This document shows, in pieces, positions 60,991 to 64,000 of a stretch of DNA of 64,000 nucleotides (position 1 is the first letter of the stretch; every line of letters begins with the position of its first letter). The translations under genes and the position numbers were made by a program. This DNA is from Mobula hypostoma. Its lineage: Eukaryota. The notes under the pieces were generated by a model. That model saw only the letters and a program-made list of their open reading frames with translations, did not search any database and had not been told where the DNA came from. Where the stretch lies: the NCBI RefSeq assembly GCF_963921235.1, contig NC_086107.1, positions 99,326,001 through 99,390,000 on the forward strand, written 5' to 3'.

Positions 60991-62409
60991 CTAATTATTT
61001 ATTATTATTTCTTTATTTTTATAGTTACACTGTTTGCTATCCTTTGGACACTGTATGAACACCCCAGTTGGTGTGGTCTTTCATTGATTCTGTTATGGCA
61101 CAACTTTGTGGGCCAAAGGCCCTGTAACGCGCTGTGGATTTCTATCCTATTATGGATTTATTGAGTATGCCTGCAAGAAAATTAAACTTGGGGTTGTATA
61201 TGGTGACATACATGTACTTTGATAATAAATTTACTTTTATCTTTGATTATAACATATCAACCTAGACTTCAAAGACCAGTTTACTTTACTGTTTATTCTC
61301 CACGGCAAAGTCTAATTCAGTATAATCACTATTTGAATGGTGGGTCCTTCTCTCTACCAACAAGGAGCTATTTCCAGCTAAAGAAGGAGCTTAAATACTT
61401 TAATTTATGTTTAGTGATACAAAATAAATATAGACAAATAATTCTTGACATTGACTTAAACCAGTCACAACAAAGACAGATAGACAAACTTGTCTGCAAG
61501 GAGCTTGTACGTTCTTTCCGTGACTGCGTGGGTTTCCTCTGGGTGCTCCAGTTTCCTCCCACTGTGCAAAGGTCTACCAGCTAATTGACCATTGTAAATT
61601 GTCAGGAAACTATTAAATAAGACCATAAGATATAGGAGCAGAAGTAAGCCATTCGGCCCATCGGATCTGCTCCGCCATTCAGTCATGGGCTGACCCAATT
61701 CTTCCAGTCATCCCAACTCCCCTGCCTTCTCCCCATACCCTTTGATGTCTTGGCTAATCGAGAACCTATCTATCTCTGCCTTAAATATATCCAATGACTT
61801 GGCCTCCACAGCTGCTCACTGCAACAAATTCCACAGATTTACCACCCTCTGACTAAAGTAAATTTCTCTGCATCTCTGTTCTAAATGGACGTCCTTCAAT
61901 CCTGAAGTCTTGCCCTCTTGTCCTAGACTCCCCTACCATGGGAAATAACTATCTCACTCCTGTACGCCTCCTTACCTGGGTTGCTGGGCGGTGAGGCTGG
62001 TAGGGCCAGAAGAGCCTGTTCCACGTTGTAGCTCTAAATAGATAAACAGATAAACAAGCAAGTAAACAAGCTGAGGGAACTCAGCAGGCCCTCGCGGCGT
62101 CAGTGGAGAAAAGCAGACAGCCAATGTTTCGGGCCAGGCCCCTCCTCAGCGAGCGAGATGCCCAATAAATGGGGGAAGGGGAGAAATCAGAGCAGTGATA
62201 AGTGGAGAGGAGAGAGGCTGGGCAAGAGGCAGTGATAGGTAGGAGCCACAGAGAGACAGCTTGGGAGAGGAAATGGCGGGAGGGGTGATAGGCAGGAGAG
62301 GAGAAAGGATGGTAGAATATAACAATATAATATAAAGCAAATGGTAACTACTTTATTTTACATTTTAAATTTTACAGATAAGGTATATTTTACAAATAAG
62401 GAGGAGGAG

Positions 62410-63042
62410 AGGACTAGATGGGGGCGCATGCAGCCGTTCCGAATGATATCAATAGGTGTTAACTAGGGGGCCGTGCACAATCCTGATTTGATGGAGACAG
62501 CCGTGAGAGCACCAAGGAACACCTGGAGAAACTTCTGAAATGCCCGCTTCGCTGCCACTGCTACTGTGCGATCGAGAATCTCCGGAGGGGAAGGCCCCAA
62601 GTCCTCGGCTTTGCCTATTGCCTGTGGCCGGGGCCGGGGTCGAAGCCCTCGGCAGAGATGGTGCTCGGTGCTCGGTGTCAGAGGGCTGGTCGGAGGCTCG
62701 GAGTTTTCGGACGGACTCGGAGTCAGACTGTGGTCGGATGCTTCCAGGATGCTGCATCGGTAAGTTTGCGACGCTGGAGGTTTACCATCTGCGTGAGATG
62801 ATGGGACTTTCGAGAGACTCTGAGACTTCTACCGTGCCATGGTCTATTCTTACCAAATTACGGTATTGCTTTGTACTGTTGTAACTATATGTTATAATTA
62901 TGTGGTTTTTGTCAGTTTTTCAGTAGGTTTGTCTTGTATTTCTGTGATATCATTCTGGAGAAACATTGTATCATTTCTTAATGCATGCATTACTAAATGA
63001 CAATAAAAGAGGACGGCGTGTCCTCATAATCTAATCTAATCT
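62410..63042 (+). mobile_element. Non-coding retroposon family X, copy 3
   Basis: Ends AATAAAA-GAGGACGGCGTGTCCTC-ATAATCTAATCTAATCT. Confidence 0.75.
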
Positions 63043-63314
63043 ATTTTAAAATTAAAATTGCTCTCTGCTCCATTCTGGGCTTGATTTGCCCCATTTTTCC
63101 ATTAGCTTCCAAGCCTGGGGCTCTTCACCTCCCTCTGCCCCTGCAACCTCCCTCAACGTGCTCGTCTGGAAACCACAGTCAGTGTGGGTCAGTGATAACA
63201 TCTCCTTCTCACTGCCTATCAACACAGGCACATGCTTAGCACGCTGCTCTTCTCTCTATGTACTCATGACTATGTGGGTAGGCACGGCGCAAACACTATC
63301 TATAAATTCACAGT

Positions 63315-63872
63315 TAGGGTCGCCAACTTTCTCACTCCCAAATAAGGGACAAAAGTAGCAGCCAAATACGGGACACTTGTGTTTACCCCGAGAAAGACTA
63401 CCATGACCATAAAGCCTTGCGCGGGCACCTGTGTGCGCATGTGTGATGTGCGCATACGTGACGTACGCACGTGTGTACGTGCTGATTTTTTTTCTACAAG
63501 TCGGTTTTGGTTTAATCTTCCTGATTCTATTAAGTGAAACTACACTGTACATACATTATTTCCACTTTATATAGGCTGTGTATTTATCATATCATTCCTG
63601 CTTTTACTGTATGTTAGTGTTATTTTAGGTTTTATGTGTTATTTGGTATGATTTGGTAGGTCATTTTTTGGGTCTGGGAACGCTCAAAAAGTTTTGCCAT
63701 ATAAATTAATGATAATTGCTTCTTCGCTTTACGCCATTTCGGCTTATGAAAGGTTTCATAGGAACGCTCTACCTTAGTGGAGGAAATATGGGACAAGGGC
63801 GGTCCCGTATGGGACAAACCAGTTTAGTCCAATATACGGGATGTCCCGGCTAATAAGGGACAGTGGCAACCC
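63315..63872. mobile_element. Non-autonomous hAT (Blackjack-like) DNA transposon inserted in a Rex1/Babar RT remnant
   Basis: Ends TAGGGTCGCCAAC ... TGGCAACCC with subterminal GGGAC repeats; splits the host (YKFTDDTTVVG-type) sequence. Confidence 0.65.
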
Positions 63873-64000
63873 ACAGATGACACTACAGTTGTTGGTAAAC
63901 TCTCAGAGACGATAAGGAAGCATACAGGAGTGAGATAGATCGGCTGGTTTAAATTGTGTTTCAATGACCTCATGCTCATCGTCAGCAAGACAAAGGAACC

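Overview
Repeat-dense vertebrate genomic DNA, most likely from a cartilaginous fish (ray/shark; inferred from the HE1/V-SINE-like, CR1, Rex1/Babar and Penelope repertoire). One protein-coding gene can be reconstructed by hand on the + strand from six exons with canonical GT-AG boundaries and matching phases (8668-8994, 15943-16052, 22817-22876, 25148-25216, 31588-31677, 32451-32516; leader exon not found). It encodes a single V-type Ig domain, a TM helix, an intron-split ITAM (YMTL-x7-YNTL) and a C-terminal DVYECVYETY tail, i.e. an NFAM1-like activating immunoreceptor. Its Ig domain has a non-canonical cysteine pattern, and intron 2 contains a candidate internal promoter/first exon that would give an Ig-less ITAM adaptor isoform. 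The rest is mostly transposon-derived: nested CR1 LINEs (one a single base away from an intact ORF2), Rex1/Babar, RTE, HERO-like, Tc1 and hAT fragments, a solo LTR, several minisatellites, and many Penelope-derived insertions. The Penelope insertions carry minimal hammerhead ribozyme motifs and often form fold-back palindromes with 12-15 bp target-site duplications. Exon-like islands and convergent poly(A) signals between 34.8 and 59.9 kb hint at a non-coding or decayed transcription unit and the 3' UTR of a minus-strand neighbour (low confidence). Repeat boundaries are approximate and no database searches were run.
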